From an uncultured Gammaproteobacteria bacterium (GTDB lineage Bacteria > Patescibacteriota > Microgenomatia > UBA1406 > GWC2-37-13): a DNA stretch of 64,000 nt. How positions within the stretch are numbered: position 1 is the stretch's first letter; the number at the start of each line of letters is the position of its first letter. Below the pieces are notes generated by a model. That model was not told the DNA's origin and did no database searches. It saw nothing but the letters and a program-made list of their open reading frames with translations. The stretch spans positions 4,987 through 68,986 of the forward strand of contig CAYOAI010000001.1 of the NCBI GenBank assembly GCA_964401915.1, written 5' to 3'. Positions 62,799-64,000 of this stretch are shown here, one piece after another. A program made the position numbers and the translations under genes.

Positions 62799-63644
62799 AT
62801 GGCTGATTATTACGATAGTCTGGGAGTAAAGAAAAGTGCGACAGTCGCTGAGATAAAGGCGGCATATCGTAAATTGGCTCTTAAATGGCATCCTGATCGC
62901 AACAAATCAGCTGAGGCAGTTGGGAAATTTAAAGAAATCACCAAGGCATACGAAGTACTTTCCGATAAAAATAAAAGAGAGCTGTATGATCAGCATGGTG
63001 AGGCAGCCTTCTCGGGTGCAGGAGCAGCCGGTGCAGGGAGTCAATATACATATCAACAAGGACCATTCACTTACTCTTATGGCGGGGCGGCGGGGGGGAA
63101 TCCTTTTGAAGGCGTAGATATTGGGGATTTTGGCAATCCATTTGATATTTTTGAGCAGTTTTTTGGAGGTGGAGGTCGTGCTCGCTCACGTGATGTCTAT
63201 CAAATCTCCATCTCATTTGACGAAGCTTTGTCGGGTATTGAACGCCAGTTCAAAATAGGTGGACAGAATAAAAAGATAAAGATTCCAGCTGGAGTCGATA
63301 ATGGCAACAGAATACGATTTACGGACTTTGATATTGTCGTTGAGGTGGGTAGCCACCCGCAGTTCAAGCGAGAAGGACAGAATATAATTCTTGAACACGA
63401 GATATCCTATCCGCTTGCCGTCTTGGGAGGCGAAGTAGAGATCGAAACGCTAAAGGGTAAGATAAAGCTTAAGGTACGGCCTGGTACAAAGTCGGGTACT
63501 GTCGTGCGACTTAAGGATCATGGAATAGTCTATCCAAATAGCAAGAGACATGGTGATCAGTATGTAGTCTATAAGGTGGCGATACCAGAGCGAGTCTCAG
63601 GACGTGCTAAAAAGCTGCTTGAAGAATTAAAAAATGAACTCTAA
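62799..63644 (+). CDS. dnaJ: J-domain co-chaperone, DnaJ/CbpA-like, without the zinc-finger domain
   Basis: J domain [33 protein letters not shown], a G/F-rich linker and a C-terminal substrate-binding domain. The protein contains no Cys residue at all. Confidence 0.85.
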   Translation: MADYYDSLGVKKSATVAEIKAAYRKLALKWHPDRNKSAEAVGKFKEITKAYEVLSDKNKRELYDQHGEAAFSGAGAAGAGSQYTYQQGPFTYSYGGAAGGNPFEGVDIGDFGNPFDIFEQFFGGGGRARSRDVYQISISFDEALSGIERQFKIGGQNKKIKIPAGVDNGNRIRFTDFDIVVEVGSHPQFKREGQNIILEHEISYPLAVLGGEVEIETLKGKIKLKVRPGTKSGTVVRLKDHGIVYPNSKRHGDQYVVYKVAIPERVSGRAKKLLEELKNEL

Positions 63645-63653
63645 TAGATACTT

Positions 63654-64000
63654 ATGAAAATTGAAGCGGGAAATCTTAAAAAAGGTGGATTTGTGATTTA
63701 TCGCGATAATCTGAGCCAGATTCAAAAGGCAGAGCACTATATGCACGGTCGGGGCGGTGCAATAATGCGGGTCAAATTCAAAGATGTTGAGTCGGGCAAG
63801 ACAATGGATGCTACATTCCGCTCAGATGAGATCCTTGAGAGTGCAGATGTGGCAAGCGTGCGAATGCAATTTTTATATGCGGATCCACAAGGTGCTCATT
63901 TTATGGATGAATCTTATAATCAATATTCAGTAGCTACGTCCATAATCGGCGAATATTTGGAATATCTAAAAGAAGGAGACCAGTATTTTGTTTATTTATA
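63654..64000 (+). CDS. efp: Elongation factor P, N-terminal part (runs off the right edge)
   Basis: Absent from the ORF track because there is no stop in the window. Hand translation gives MKIEAGNLKKGGFVIYRDNLSQIQKAEHYMHGRGGAIMRVKFKDVESGKTMDATFRSDEILESADV.. Confidence 0.85.
   Translation, partial: MKIEAGNLKKGGFVIYRDNLSQIQKAEHYMHGRGGAIMRVKFKDVESGKTMDATFRSDEILESADVASVRMQFLYADPQGAHFMDESYNQYSVATSIIGEYLEYLKEGDQYFVYL

Overview
AT-rich, very gene-dense bacterial window: about 60 CDS, 7 tRNAs, no rRNA, no CRISPR array, and no transposase or integrase that I can recognise. The protein architectures point to a Patescibacteria/CPR-type genome, which is an inference. They include IF-2 starting directly at the G domain, AspRS without the GAD insertion, short HrcA and GrpE, a cysteine-free DnaJ, DUF4012/DUF3048/DUF4446 proteins, many GT-C-like membrane proteins and few Shine-Dalgarno sites. 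Layout: (a) 1-18154 is a low-GC envelope-glycosylation locus with GT2/GT4 enzymes, a Wzx-type flippase, an ALG5/Dpm1-like polyprenyl-phosphate hexosyltransferase and a long run of GT-C-like polytopic membrane proteins, followed by a MacAB-like ABC exporter, a GT4 and uppP. (b) 23040-26362 holds two tRNA clusters, each with a short partial tRNA duplication about 100 nt away. (c) 26540-29354 holds a DUF458/YkuK-like RNase H-fold gene translationally coupled to a Dda/RecD-like SF1B helicase, convergent with a Lon-derived AAA+ gene that has no protease domain. This is the best candidate for an undescribed module. (d) groESL, then tRNA-Tyr, then a second low-GC GT-C islet. (e) Housekeeping genes: aspS, recJ, rmuC, infB, nusA, rplY, secDF, cca, nfo, hrcA-grpE-dnaK-dnaJ and the start of efp. 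A recurrent -10 box lies 6-9 nt upstream of ATG at 11 or more genes, which suggests widespread leaderless mRNAs. All calls come from reading translations and hand-folding; no searches were run.
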